NCBI GenBank assembly: GCA_027064845.1
Contig: JAMOPC010000159.1
Coordinates: 1-52,140, forward strand
Direction of reading: 5' to 3'
From: Desulfurococcales archaeon
Lineage (GTDB): Archaea; Thermoproteota; Thermoprotei_A; Sulfolobales; Desulfurococcaceae
DNA length: 52,140 nucleotides
A program made the translations under genes and the position numbers. The number at the start of each line of letters is the position of its first letter. Position 1 is the first letter of the stretch. The notes beneath the pieces are model-generated. The model had not been told where the DNA came from. It saw only the letters and a program-made list of their open reading frames with translations, and searched no databases. This document shows, piece by piece, positions 17,004-25,917 of the stretch.

Positions 17004-18278
17004 TTATTCTTGGGGTAAGTTCTCTATATATCCTATCCCAAACCATCTATAGAAACTCTTAGCTGGTATATCCTTATACACCACAGCTCCTGGCGCTATC
17101 CATGAATATGATCCTATTTTTGTCCCAGGCATTAATGAGACATTTACACCCGTTTTAACATATGCTCCAACTACGGCCCCAAATTTCCTCCTACCAGTAG
17201 ACACGAGTTTGTCTTTAATATACATTTTAACTGGTTTATCATCAAATCTAAGATTAGCAGTAATAGTTCCTGCACCAAAATTCACGTGTTCACATATAAT
17301 GCTATCTCCAACATAACTTAGATGTCCGATCCTAACATTTTCCATTATAAGGCTTTCTTTTATCTCAACCGAGAACCCTATTCTGCTCCCATCGCATATT
17401 ACTGAGTAAGGTCTTATTCTTGCACAAGGACCTATTTCTGCATGTTTTCCAATATATGTTGGTCCTTCTATATACGTACCAGATCTTATATGAGTACCTT
17501 TGTCAATAACTACTTTACCTTTTATGGAGACATTTGGTTCTATATAACCATTTATTTTAGTCTCTATTTTATTCAATGCCATTTTATTTGCTTCTAGTAA
17601 GTGCCAAGGTTTTCCAATATCTATCCATCCAGACTTATCGATCTTTATGACCTTGATCATTTTGTTTTTCTTGATAATATTTGTGATTATATCGGTAAAT
17701 TCTTTCTCACCTCTAGGACTGAGAGGTATGTTTTTATTTTCTTCGATATCTCTTATCTTTAACTTGTAGATCCCAGCATTAATGATATTGCTCGGCGGCT
17801 TTAAGGGCTTCTCTATTATTCCCTGCAAGTAATTGTTTTCAATAATCAAAACCCCATAGTCTTTTGGATCGTCGATCTCTGCTCCGAGAATAGCGTTTTC
17901 CTCAACTTTCGATATTTTTTGTAATATGTCCCAGTTTTCGAGAAAAATGTCTCCGTATAATATGAGTGCTTCATCATCTAAGTCTGTATAGGAAATAGCT
18001 TTTATAACTGCATCTCCAGTGCCTAGTTCAGGGTATTGTTCTACGAATTTTATCTTGAACTTATACTTGTTCTTGATTGTGTCAATGTATTCTATAATTT
18101 TTTCTTTCATATAGCTAATGACTATGAGTACTTCATCAACATCTTCTACTCTAGATAATGCGTCTAGTTGCCACTCTATTAGAGGCTTACATAATATAGG
18201 GATTAATGGTTTAGGCCTTGTCTCGGTTATAGGTCTTAGTCTGAGACCCTTACCTGCTGCCAGTATTAGGGCTTTCAT
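17004..18278 (-). CDS. Bifunctional sugar-1-phosphate nucleotidylyltransferase / acetyltransferase (GlmU/ST0452-like)
   Basis: The N-terminal KALILAAGKGLRLRPITETRPKPLIPI is the NTP-transferase signature. The C-terminal left-handed beta-helix shows hexapeptide repeats. The ORF is open to 18302. Confidence 0.85.
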   Translation of the reverse strand: MKALILAAGKGLRLRPITETRPKPLIPILCKPLIEWQLDALSRVEDVDEVLIVISYMKEKIIEYIDTIKNKYKFKIKFVEQYPELGTGDAVIKAISYTDLDDEALILYGDIFLENWDILQKISKVEENAILGAEIDDPKDYGVLIIENNYLQGIIEKPLKPPSNIINAGIYKLKIRDIEENKNIPLSPRGEKEFTDIITNIIKKNKMIKVIKIDKSGWIDIGKPWHLLEANKMALNKIETKINGYIEPNVSIKGKVVIDKGTHIRSGTYIEGPTYIGKHAEIGPCARIRPYSVICDGSRIGFSVEIKESLIMENVRIGHLSYVGDSIICEHVNFGAGTITANLRFDDKPVKMYIKDKLVSTGRRKFGAVVGAYVKTGVNVSLMPGTKIGSYSWIAPGAVVYKDIPAKSFYRWFGIGYIENLPQE

Positions 18279-19350
18279 TATTAATCGACCTATACTCATC
18301 ATATAATACTGTTGCTAAAGCTATAAGTCCAGCGGCTGCGGCATAGTCTGTAGAAAGAGTTATTCCTGGAGCTATGTCTAAGACTAAGTCTGCATACCTA
18401 TAAATCCCCACAGGTATTCCTTCTCTTGAGCCAAATAAGAGATTAACCCTCTTCTTTTTGTGAAGTATTAATTTTTTCAACTCTTCCTTTACATCACCAA
18501 TATATTTTCCCTCAGGCTCAAAAACTATTATTACCTCATTACTTCTATCCCTAACTAATTGATGTAGATCCATGAGATAAACAGGTGTTTTTCTAGGTTT
18601 GTATGGATAGCTTCTTAACTGTATATTATATCTTGACTCTATTCCTTCCCTAACTCCTCTAATAAAGTACTCTAATTGATATGCATCAATGATTCCTACA
18701 GGCGCAATTACCAGTTCTTTGACCTCGAAATTCTGTACCTCTCTCCCTATTCTCTTACCCATGATGAGGGCTGAATCTAAGGGGCCAAGATAAGGCATTT
18801 GAACAACAGCTATTTTCCTAAAGAAGCTTCGCAACTCCTTTTTCTCAGGGGAATATTTGTGATGCTCAAAGCTTCCAGGGAGTATAGCTATATATGCATG
18901 GTCTTGAATTATTTCTACTAAAACAATTTTATCGGGATATCTTAGATTTACTGATGCACCAGTATATTTCCTAATGCATTCACCAACAACCACATTAACA
19001 TCGATGCTTGTAAAACTATGTTTTCCACGACGCGTTGTTCTTACAGCGAATGTTTCGTTCCTAGATATTTTATTGATGACTAAATCTTTGATCTCCGAAC
19101 ATATTTTATTAGGATCAGCTAATGTTACCATATCTATGGGTATTATTTTATCAGCTTCAATAACTTGTTCTTCTATTAGCTTAGCTAGTGTGTCACGATC
19201 GTATTTACAAGGTTTAACTAGTACAAGTCCTTTAAACCCAAGAGGACTAGGCCAAGTCTCGGCACAATCATCTATTTCACGGATTCTACTTGAAACGATT
19301 CTCTCAAATCCTATACTGGTTTTAATAAGAATACTATAGTCCTTGCTCAA
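18250..19350 (-). CDS. THUMP domain protein fused to a SPOUT-like methyltransferase domain (predicted RNA methyltransferase)
   Basis: The N-terminal half includes FAVRTTRRGKHSFTSIDVNVVVGECI, which is THUMP-like. The C-terminus LLFGSREGIPVGIYRYADLVLDIAPGITLSTDYAAAAGLIALATVLY looks like a SPOUT knot. The start is TTG. Confidence 0.65.
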   Translation of the reverse strand: MSKDYSILIKTSIGFERIVSSRIREIDDCAETWPSPLGFKGLVLVKPCKYDRDTLAKLIEEQVIEADKIIPIDMVTLADPNKICSEIKDLVINKISRNETFAVRTTRRGKHSFTSIDVNVVVGECIRKYTGASVNLRYPDKIVLVEIIQDHAYIAILPGSFEHHKYSPEKKELRSFFRKIAVVQMPYLGPLDSALIMGKRIGREVQNFEVKELVIAPVGIIDAYQLEYFIRGVREGIESRYNIQLRSYPYKPRKTPVYLMDLHQLVRDRSNEVIIVFEPEGKYIGDVKEELKKLILHKKKRVNLLFGSREGIPVGIYRYADLVLDIAPGITLSTDYAAAAGLIALATVLYDEYRSINNESPNTGSR

Positions 19351-19513
19351 ATAACAATCACCGATACACTATGATGACTAAATATAATGTATGACATAAA
19401 CTCCTATATGTTAATCATTGGTTATAATTATGGGGTATACGGTACAACTGTAATAGGATCTTGTTAAAGAATAGTGTTTTCAATGTATTATATATAAAGA
19501 GAAGAACTTAGAT

Positions 19514-20200
19514 TTACTTCTTTAGCTGAAGAGGTGAAACTACTACTGCTGGTTTAGGTCCTTCTGGTGTTGGTATCATTAGTAGTTTCGATTTGTAGAC
19601 TTCAACTTTTCTAATAGGATAGATCTTTCTGGCTCTCTCAGCTATTACAGCGCTCATTTTGCCAAAGATCATTTCTTGTATTAGCTCGTTTAGTGTTAAC
19701 TGCGGTACTCGTTCTTTCACATATTCTTCCATGATTTTCCTGATAGCTCTCTTCTGGCTAGTGTTACATCTGTAGCTTGTAAGTGCAATAATAGTTAATC
19801 TTAAGTGATATCCGTCCTTTGTAACAACGTTAAATATACCTTGTATTTTGCTGCTCTTCCTCCTTATGAGGCTCTTAATATAGTCTCTTGATAACTCGTG
19901 TCCCTTAAACCTTGTTATTGCTTTATCTTCCTTTACATCTATTACTTGGAAATATAGTCTTACATGGACTTGTGTTATATCACCAGTGATATCGTATAGG
20001 GTTGTTTCCATTACTCTACCTATTAGTTTTAATGGGTCATCAGCCGGTGTTGTACCTATAACTATGTTTCCAAAAACATCTGGTGCTAAGACTTCGTACC
20101 ATTTTTTAAGCTTCCACTTATCTCTTACAGCGAACTTCCTGCGTGCAGGCAATATTAGTTTACCCCTATACGTTATTTCTTTTCTCTTTGTCTCATACAT
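19514..20200 (-). CDS. rps3ae: Ribosomal protein S3Ae (eS1)
   Basis: KWKLKKWYEVLAPDVFG is the canonical eS1 N-terminal motif. Length is 228 aa. Confidence 0.9.
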   Translation of the reverse strand: MYETKRKEITYRGKLILPARRKFAVRDKWKLKKWYEVLAPDVFGNIVIGTTPADDPLKLIGRVMETTLYDITGDITQVHVRLYFQVIDVKEDKAITRFKGHELSRDYIKSLIRRKSSKIQGIFNVVTKDGYHLRLTIIALTSYRCNTSQKRAIRKIMEEYVKERVPQLTLNELIQEMIFGKMSAVIAERARKIYPIRKVEVYKSKLLMIPTPEGPKPAVVVSPLQLKK

Positions 20201-20208
20201 TTTAAGGG

Positions 20209-20475
20209 TTATTTAAGCATTATCAAAACATCGTCTATCATTTCTATTATTGATAGTATTTCATCCAAGCTTCCCCTGAGGGAATCAAAGTTTTTTGCTG
20301 AATGTTTAACTTTGATGATTATTTCGTAGACGTATTCATTGTTATCTTCATATATGTTTTCAATTATTTCCATAAAATCAGGAGTTATTACATTATCTGG
20401 ATGAAGGGTTTTCTTTAGAGATTCAACGTAGTTTTTACTACTTGAACGTATTTTAAGAACGGATAAAGTTTCCAT
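20209..20475 (-). CDS. pcc1: KEOPS subunit Pcc1-like protein
   Basis: About 88 aa from METLSVLKIR. The pattern ...A/V.SL...L.PD...(insert)...IIIKVKHSAKNFDSLRGSLDEILSIIEMIDDV parallels the Pcc1 signature ..A.D..ALRG..NS.LR.I. The ORF is open to 20535 and overlaps the upstream gene. Confidence 0.5.
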   Translation of the reverse strand: METLSVLKIRSSSKNYVESLKKTLHPDNVITPDFMEIIENIYEDNNEYVYEIIIKVKHSAKNFDSLRGSLDEILSIIEMIDDVLIMLK

Positions 20476-21622
20476 GTTCATCAACACGACACAGTTGTAC
20501 AGCATCACAATTACTATATACAATAGATGGTTCATTCCCTATTCTCAACAATTCGTCAACAGTGGTTAAGTATTCTCCATTGATCGATACAATTAAGGGT
20601 ATTTTTCGCGTATTTTCATCTATGCTCTTAATTATCTCTATAATGATCTCAGGTCTTGTTAATCCTTCCTCGATCTCTATGATTGCTTGTTCTTTTTTCG
20701 ATTCTATATAAGTATTTATGGCTAAGGATATATCTAAACAAAGACTATCTATTACTTCCTCATAGATTGTCAAAATTTGAAATAATAATTCTTTATCTAT
20801 GCTTAGTAGTGGTATGTAATATGGATTATCTTTTTTAACAGACATAAAAACTAGACTAGAACCGATGAACTCATTTAGTTCTACTACTTTGTTGTTTAAC
20901 GTAGCTACATAGATATTACCTAATAGCTTTCTAGCTATTCTTTTTGCAGTATTGAAATCTGTTTTCATTCCTTTAACAAGCTTCTCCAAAAACCTAGCGG
21001 CTAGTTTTTCATCATCTTCTATAGACACATATTTTGTTAAACCACTTGTTTTTCCAAGAACGGTTTCAAGTAAATTATTAACGTTTTCAGCATCACCTGT
21101 ATAGCCTGGAAGGAAGGGTATAAGTGTTCGATAAATAGCTTTTTGTAAGCCAACTCTGTCTCTTCCCCAGAATTTAAAACCAAATTTTATAGATAAGTTC
21201 TCCTTTATTTCTTTTAGTAATTGTTTTTCTAGTCCAGAAAAACCTTCTTCGCTGTCTAAGCCATAATAGATTCCGGGGATTAATGCTAGTAGCTTTTCCC
21301 AGGAGCTAGTGATAAATAATTTATCTAAAAAATATGCTACATATGCAGAAACACTTTCTTTACCATTGTATATTAAATTGAATAATTGTTTATTTTCCTC
21401 AGCTCCTTCTGGTTTTGGTAAATTTATGAGTACTGTTGGAATATCAGTTTCTTCAACTACTAGTTTAAGATCAAAATTTATAGTTGCTGATATGTTGTGT
21501 TCTTCCAGATTTTTCCATAATAAACCAGCGGCGATCAACGAGTCTATATCTATCTTTGGAATAATTCTTACAACTCCATATTCTCTAGCATACTTCACTA
21601 TATCATTGAGTAATTCGACCAA
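20453..21622 (-). CDS. RecJ/Cdc45-like protein with degenerate DHH motifs (crenarchaeal RecJdbh type)
   Basis: The N-terminal IIPKIDIDSLIAAGLL sits where the DHH motif I (H.D.DG..S) would be but lacks the catalytic residues. An internal LIPFLPGYTG is GAN/Cdc45-like. The position next to rps15 is recurrent for archaeal RecJ homologs. Confidence 0.5.
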   Translation of the reverse strand: MVELLNDIVKYAREYGVVRIIPKIDIDSLIAAGLLWKNLEEHNISATINFDLKLVVEETDIPTVLINLPKPEGAEENKQLFNLIYNGKESVSAYVAYFLDKLFITSSWEKLLALIPGIYYGLDSEEGFSGLEKQLLKEIKENLSIKFGFKFWGRDRVGLQKAIYRTLIPFLPGYTGDAENVNNLLETVLGKTSGLTKYVSIEDDEKLAARFLEKLVKGMKTDFNTAKRIARKLLGNIYVATLNNKVVELNEFIGSSLVFMSVKKDNPYYIPLLSIDKELLFQILTIYEEVIDSLCLDISLAINTYIESKKEQAIIEIEEGLTRPEIIIEIIKSIDENTRKIPLIVSINGEYLTTVDELLRIGNEPSIVYSNCDAVQLCRVDEHGNFIRS

Positions 21623-21738
21623 TTTCTGAACCTCTTTGTTAAAAGCGGATATTTTAGTAATAGTATTAGTATTATCGCTATAATTATTTTCTTTGTAAGA
21701 AAATAGTTGCTATATTAACTTGGTTAAGTAGTTATGAT

Positions 21739-22203
21739 TTAGAGGTATGCAGAAACTATTAGTTTTGCTTGTTCTGGTGTGTATTTCCAATCAGGTGGTA
21801 GTTTACCTATTCTCTTATAATACTTGACGAGTCTGTGGATTTTTGATTCTAAGTCTATTAGTCCCTTCTTTGCGTGAAGGTCTTTGGGATGTTCTTCTAG
21901 GTGTCTTCTAAGATTAACAGCTTTTTTCATTAGGAAGAGTAGATCTTCTGGTACTGGTAGTTTTACATTATATTTCTCGAGTATTTGTGTAAGCTTTTTA
22001 CCTGTTACTTGTTTAACTAATGGGACACCATACTGGTCTCTTAGTATAATGCCTATCATTGAAGGTGTGTATCCTTTTTTCGCTAGCTCTACTACTAATA
22101 ACTCAATATCACTTGGACTCATGTCTAATTTGAGCCATCTCGGGGGCCCAGCTCTAGCTGGTCTTGTTGAATGTGATTGTCCTTTGTCTCTTTTCTTGTT
22201 CAC
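21739..22203 (-). CDS. rps15: Ribosomal protein S15 (uS15 / S13e)
   Basis: [29 protein letters not shown] and the C-terminal uS15 helices fit the family. Length is 154 aa. Confidence 0.9.
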   Translation of the reverse strand: MNKKRDKGQSHSTRPARAGPPRWLKLDMSPSDIELLVVELAKKGYTPSMIGIILRDQYGVPLVKQVTGKKLTQILEKYNVKLPVPEDLLFLMKKAVNLRRHLEEHPKDLHAKKGLIDLESKIHRLVKYYKRIGKLPPDWKYTPEQAKLIVSAYL

Positions 22204-22227
22204 GGCATTTCCCCCATATTAACATCC

Positions 22228-22848
22228 TTACTTATCATCTATGGAATTAGAGATACCAGTTTTTAAACCTAATTCTAACATTTTTTCTAGTTTTTTTAAA
22301 GCACATTCTACAGCTTTTGCTCTATGTGAAAACATGTTCTTTTCATTAATACTCATTTCAGCAAAGGTTTTAGTTGAACCGCTAGGTACGAAGATCGGAT
22401 CGAATCCAAAACCTTTATTACCACGGGGGGTAGTTGTTATAGTGCCTGTAGTTTCTCCTAGGCACGTGATTATAAATGGTTCGTATATGAGGACAACCGC
22501 TGATCTAAAACATGCTTCCCGATTGCTAGAATTTTTTAGGAGTTTTAGTATTCCCTCATATCCTATTGTTTTAAATACATAGCTACTATATGGACCAGGA
22601 AAACCATTAAGAGCATGTACAAATAAGCCAGCGTCTTCCACCATTAATGGTTTATTGATCTTGGTGTATGCGTGTAGGGCGGCGTATTTCGCGATCTCTA
22701 ATAAATCATTACTTTGTATCTCTACTTTTTCGATATCCTTGTACATTCTTATTTGAAAACCATATTTCTCGGCTATTGGTTTTACTTCTTCGTACTTGTG
22801 GGTGTTATTTGTTAAAAAGTAAATTGTTGCCTTGTATTTTTTACTCAA
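22228..22848 (-). CDS. Non-canonical purine NTP pyrophosphatase (HAM1/RdgB, XTP/dITPase)
   Basis: Contains the family motifs IYFLTNNTHKYEEV, EDAGLFV..LNGFPGPYS and GFGFDPIF. Confidence 0.9.
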   Translation of the reverse strand: MSKKYKATIYFLTNNTHKYEEVKPIAEKYGFQIRMYKDIEKVEIQSNDLLEIAKYAALHAYTKINKPLMVEDAGLFVHALNGFPGPYSSYVFKTIGYEGILKLLKNSSNREACFRSAVVLIYEPFIITCLGETTGTITTTPRGNKGFGFDPIFVPSGSTKTFAEMSINEKNMFSHRAKAVECALKKLEKMLELGLKTGISNSIDDK

Positions 22849-23527
22849 TGTACTTGTCCCTCAACATTTTCTTCTTTAATCTTTCTTCAACATATCGTCC
22901 TCTTAACCTTATTTCCTCTACTCTTTGTAGAACTTCATGAACGTTTCCATGATATGATTCACTATAACCTTTGATGAATCCCTCCATAAATACGTCTAAC
23001 TTGTCTGGTGCTAATGCTAATATACTTCTCTTTAATAAGTGTATATCGATTGCATATTCTTCAATATCTCTACTATAGCCTGCTAGTCCAAAGTCGATGA
23101 TATATATTTTCTTATTTGATTTATTAACAAGTATATTGGCTAAGGTTAAGTCTCCGTGGTAGATATTTAGTGAATGCATTATTCCTGTTTGAAGCCCTAG
23201 TTGATATGCAATTGTTTTTAATTCTTCAATGTTCATGTACTCGATTAGATCAGATAATTTGTGTCCCTCAATATGCTCCATTATTATGATTGAGTTTTTT
23301 AAATCAACTATGAGTGGTGCTGGCACATTTACTTTGTTCATGTATAGTTCTGATAATATTTTTGCCTCTGTCTTCGTCCTTGTTTTCCTAAATATTTCAT
23401 CGAATTTGGGGTGGCGATATGGCTTCTTAACCCTGTACTTAACAATAATTTTCTTTCCCAGAAGTTCTCCTTGAATAATAACTGATTCAGCGCCTTTATC
23501 CAAGACATTTACTAATTGGGTAGCCAT
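22841..23527 (-). CDS. bud32: KEOPS kinase/ATPase Bud32 (RIO-type)
   Basis: Contains GAESVI, KYRVKKPYRHPKFD, HGDLTLANILV and IIDFGL. I chose the ATG at 23527 with GAGGT upstream. The ORF is open to 23554. It is not fused to Kae1 but overlaps its 3' end. Confidence 0.85.
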   Translation of the reverse strand: MATQLVNVLDKGAESVIIQGELLGKKIIVKYRVKKPYRHPKFDEIFRKTRTKTEAKILSELYMNKVNVPAPLIVDLKNSIIIMEHIEGHKLSDLIEYMNIEELKTIAYQLGLQTGIMHSLNIYHGDLTLANILVNKSNKKIYIIDFGLAGYSRDIEEYAIDIHLLKRSILALAPDKLDVFMEGFIKGYSESYHGNVHEVLQRVEEIRLRGRYVEERLKKKMLRDKYIE

Positions 23528-24573
23528 GGTAGTTCTACCTCGTCCAGACGCCATCGTTGACGTATGAATGCTTTTTCTGGTTCTATGTGTATATTGTGCA
23601 CATAGCTTAGAAATCCTGTTAAAGCAATCATTGCGCCGTTGTCCCCAGCGTATTCCGGGGGCGTTCCAGCATACCTGGCTCCATGAACTCTTGTCATAGC
23701 AATCAATTTTTCCCTAAGATACTTGTTAGACGCGACACCCCCTACTAGTAGAACTTCTTTTTTCCCTGTTAGGACAAGTGATCTCTCAGCAACTTCTACT
23801 AGCATGTTGAACGCTGTCTCTCTAAGACTCAAACATATGTTCCCTAGTTTCTCCTTGTTGTTCTTGTATTTTTTTGCTTGTATGAGAGCAGCAGTTAATA
23901 ATCCTGAAAAACTGAGGTCGCTTCCTTTAACCGTATATGGTAGTGGAATGAATTCTTTTCCCCATTCAGCACAAATATCTATTTGGTGCTTTCCATTAAC
24001 TACATATGGTGGTGATAAACCTATTTCTCTAGTAAATGTGTCGAATAAATTGCCAAGTGGTATATCAAGTGTTTCACCAAGAATTCGGTATTTCTTTTTC
24101 TTTTGAATAGCTATTAACGTATTGCCTCCGGAAACATATATTATTAGCGGATCTTTGAAGTTGAATAAGTATTTACCAATTTCTATATGTGCTACAGCGT
24201 GATTGACAGGTATTAGTTTTAGTTTATAGTATGATGCTAGAAATCTAGCGAGAGAGGCTCCAACACGTAAACACGGACCTAAGCCTGGTCCTAGAGCTAC
24301 AGCAACAGCATTAACGTCTGCTATTTTAATTCCAGCTCTTTCCAGAGCTTTTCTTAATACTTGGGGAGCTGTCCTTGTGTGATGTAGGGCTGCTTCTCTG
24401 GGATGAATACCTCCTTTCATAGGTACATAGCGGTCATATTCATTAGCTATTATTTTTAACGACTCTTCTCTAGCGTTATATTCTACTACTCCGATACCAA
24501 AAGTATGGCTTGTTGACTCTATTCCTAATATATATATGTTATCTTTAACATTTCCTAGAATATCTCCATACAT
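23512..24573 (-). CDS. kae1: tRNA N6-adenosine threonylcarbamoyltransferase Kae1
   Basis: The ASKHA fold and ILGIESTSHTFGIGVV, HH..H, YVSGGNT and VGGVASN are typical of Kae1/TsaD. The ORF is open to 24621. Confidence 0.9.
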   Translation of the reverse strand: MYGDILGNVKDNIYILGIESTSHTFGIGVVEYNAREESLKIIANEYDRYVPMKGGIHPREAALHHTRTAPQVLRKALERAGIKIADVNAVAVALGPGLGPCLRVGASLARFLASYYKLKLIPVNHAVAHIEIGKYLFNFKDPLIIYVSGGNTLIAIQKKKKYRILGETLDIPLGNLFDTFTREIGLSPPYVVNGKHQIDICAEWGKEFIPLPYTVKGSDLSFSGLLTAALIQAKKYKNNKEKLGNICLSLRETAFNMLVEVAERSLVLTGKKEVLLVGGVASNKYLREKLIAMTRVHGARYAGTPPEYAGDNGAMIALTGFLSYVHNIHIEPEKAFIRQRWRLDEVELPWLPN

Positions 24574-24641
24574 ATTGATCACAATTTTTCCGGGTTGAAA
24601 ATATTTATTTTTAGAAAACAATTCAAGATATTAGTAGTCAG

Positions 24642-24806
24642 TTACTCTCTTATATACTCAGTGTAGCCGCATTTTCCACAATGCCATCTCGGGATAGGTT
24701 TTTTATGAAATGCCATGAAGCTTCCGCATTTTGGGCATTTTTTGTTCTTAGGCTTTATCTTGCCTGTCTTGTAGTCGTATTCATATAATTTATGTACATG
24801 GGCCAT
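24642..24806 (-). CDS. rps27ae: Ribosomal protein S27ae (eS31), zinc ribbon
   Basis: Hand translation gives [54 protein letters not shown] (54 aa, CxxC...CxxC). It lies directly downstream of rps24e as in other archaea. It is below the ORF-track length cutoff. Confidence 0.85.
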   Translation of the reverse strand: MAHVHKLYEYDYKTGKIKPKNKKCPKCGSFMAFHKKPIPRWHCGKCGYTEYIRE

Positions 24807-24813
24807 TTACTAT

Positions 24814-25179
24814 TCACCCCATACCTTGCTCTTTCATCATTTGTTCTAATTGATAGGATTGAGAAGCATATTCATTCCTCTTGATGATATGAGGGGGTTC
24901 GAACTGCTTTGCTCTTTCTACAGAGTCATATATGTGTACAGTAGCGTTTGATACGCCCATTCCATACTCTGTTTTTATTTCTCTAACATATACTTTTTCT
25001 ACTTCGACATTGTAGATCTTGGCTATTTCGTGTCTTATGAGTCCTCTCGACGGTGTACTTTTACCTATATGAGCTATTCTGACAATTATTTCTCTTCTTT
25101 TTATTAATGGATTATACTTATCTTCGATTATTTCTCCAGTGAATTCTCCTAGTTTCACTGTTTTCCCCATATCGGACAC
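24814..25179 (-). CDS. rps24e: Ribosomal protein S24e (eS24)
   Basis: NPLIKRREIIVRIAHIGKSTPSRGLIRHEIAKIYNVEVEKVYV is canonical eS24. Confidence 0.9.
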   Translation of the reverse strand: MSDMGKTVKLGEFTGEIIEDKYNPLIKRREIIVRIAHIGKSTPSRGLIRHEIAKIYNVEVEKVYVREIKTEYGMGVSNATVHIYDSVERAKQFEPPHIIKRNEYASQSYQLEQMMKEQGMG

Positions 25180-25214
25180 GCTCCAGCTGATTAATGTTTC
25201 TTTCTTCTCATATC

Positions 25215-25715
25215 CTAAGCATTATTATAAACAATTATGTCGGGTTTAAATGTTTTTAATACTTTTATAGCATTTATTTTATTGCTTGTTAATATAACTA
25301 ATCCTACTCCAGGCTGCCCATAAGCTATGATAGCGTCCTTGTACTCGAGCGAGAATGCTAGAGGAGTTAGGTCTTCCTCTCCTATAATATATAATGTTTT
25401 TAGTTTTTTGCACTTCGTAATTGTTCTAGTATTTAAGCTCAGTGTGCCGGGAGGATTTATTGCTTTAAAGGATTCTTTTTCTATATTTTGTTTTTTAATA
25501 CTGATTGTTCTCCTAGTTTTACCATCGATGACCCGGAGACGGTTCTTTGTAGTTTCTGATACGATGTCTCCAATTGCTATATCAACCTCTATATTTCTAA
25601 TTAATTTCTTATCACTAACTAGGAGTTTACCCATCGGTGTGCTAAGAGTTTTCCTGAGAAAAGAAGGGAGCTTGAGTATGGGTAAATATTTTTTATTAAG
25701 CAACTTTAATCGCAT
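25215..25715 (-). CDS. DUF359 family protein (GTP-dependent dephospho-CoA kinase family)
   Basis: Contains the motifs IAIGDIVSE and IIGEEDLTPLAF. The conserved position between spt4 and rps24e fits the family. Confidence 0.7.
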   Translation of the reverse strand: MRLKLLNKKYLPILKLPSFLRKTLSTPMGKLLVSDKKLIRNIEVDIAIGDIVSETTKNRLRVIDGKTRRTISIKKQNIEKESFKAINPPGTLSLNTRTITKCKKLKTLYIIGEEDLTPLAFSLEYKDAIIAYGQPGVGLVILTSNKINAIKVLKTFKPDIIVYNNA

Positions 25716-25902
25716 ACCTACCCGGCTTAGTTATTCCAAGCATTTTGGCTATTTCTGAGTTCTCTGGATCTATTATTATAACCATTCCTTCCCATTCATC
25801 TGTAAAATCTGATGAACCGCATATAGGGCATACATTTGCTTCTTTATTTACTAGTGCCTTACATTTTCTACAAGCCTTGAATGGTTTTCCACGTGCAGGC
25901 AT
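25696..25902 (-). CDS. spt4: Transcription elongation factor Spt4 (RpoE'')
   Basis: Contains the zinc ribbon CRKCKALV...CPICGS followed by W.G.VIIIDPENSEIAK. I chose the ATG at 25902. The ORF track starts at 25911. Confidence 0.85.
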   Translation of the reverse strand: MPARGKPFKACRKCKALVNKEANVCPICGSSDFTDEWEGMVIIIDPENSEIAKMLGITKPGRYAIKVA

Positions 25903-25917
25903 TGACCACACCTATAT

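Noticed and set aside
19371-19460. Perfect ATGATGA on the plus strand in the 163-bp gap between rps3ae and the THUMP gene
   Set aside because: No C' box and no CTGA D box lie at a compatible distance (only CTGT at about 19448). It probably occurs by chance in AT-rich DNA.
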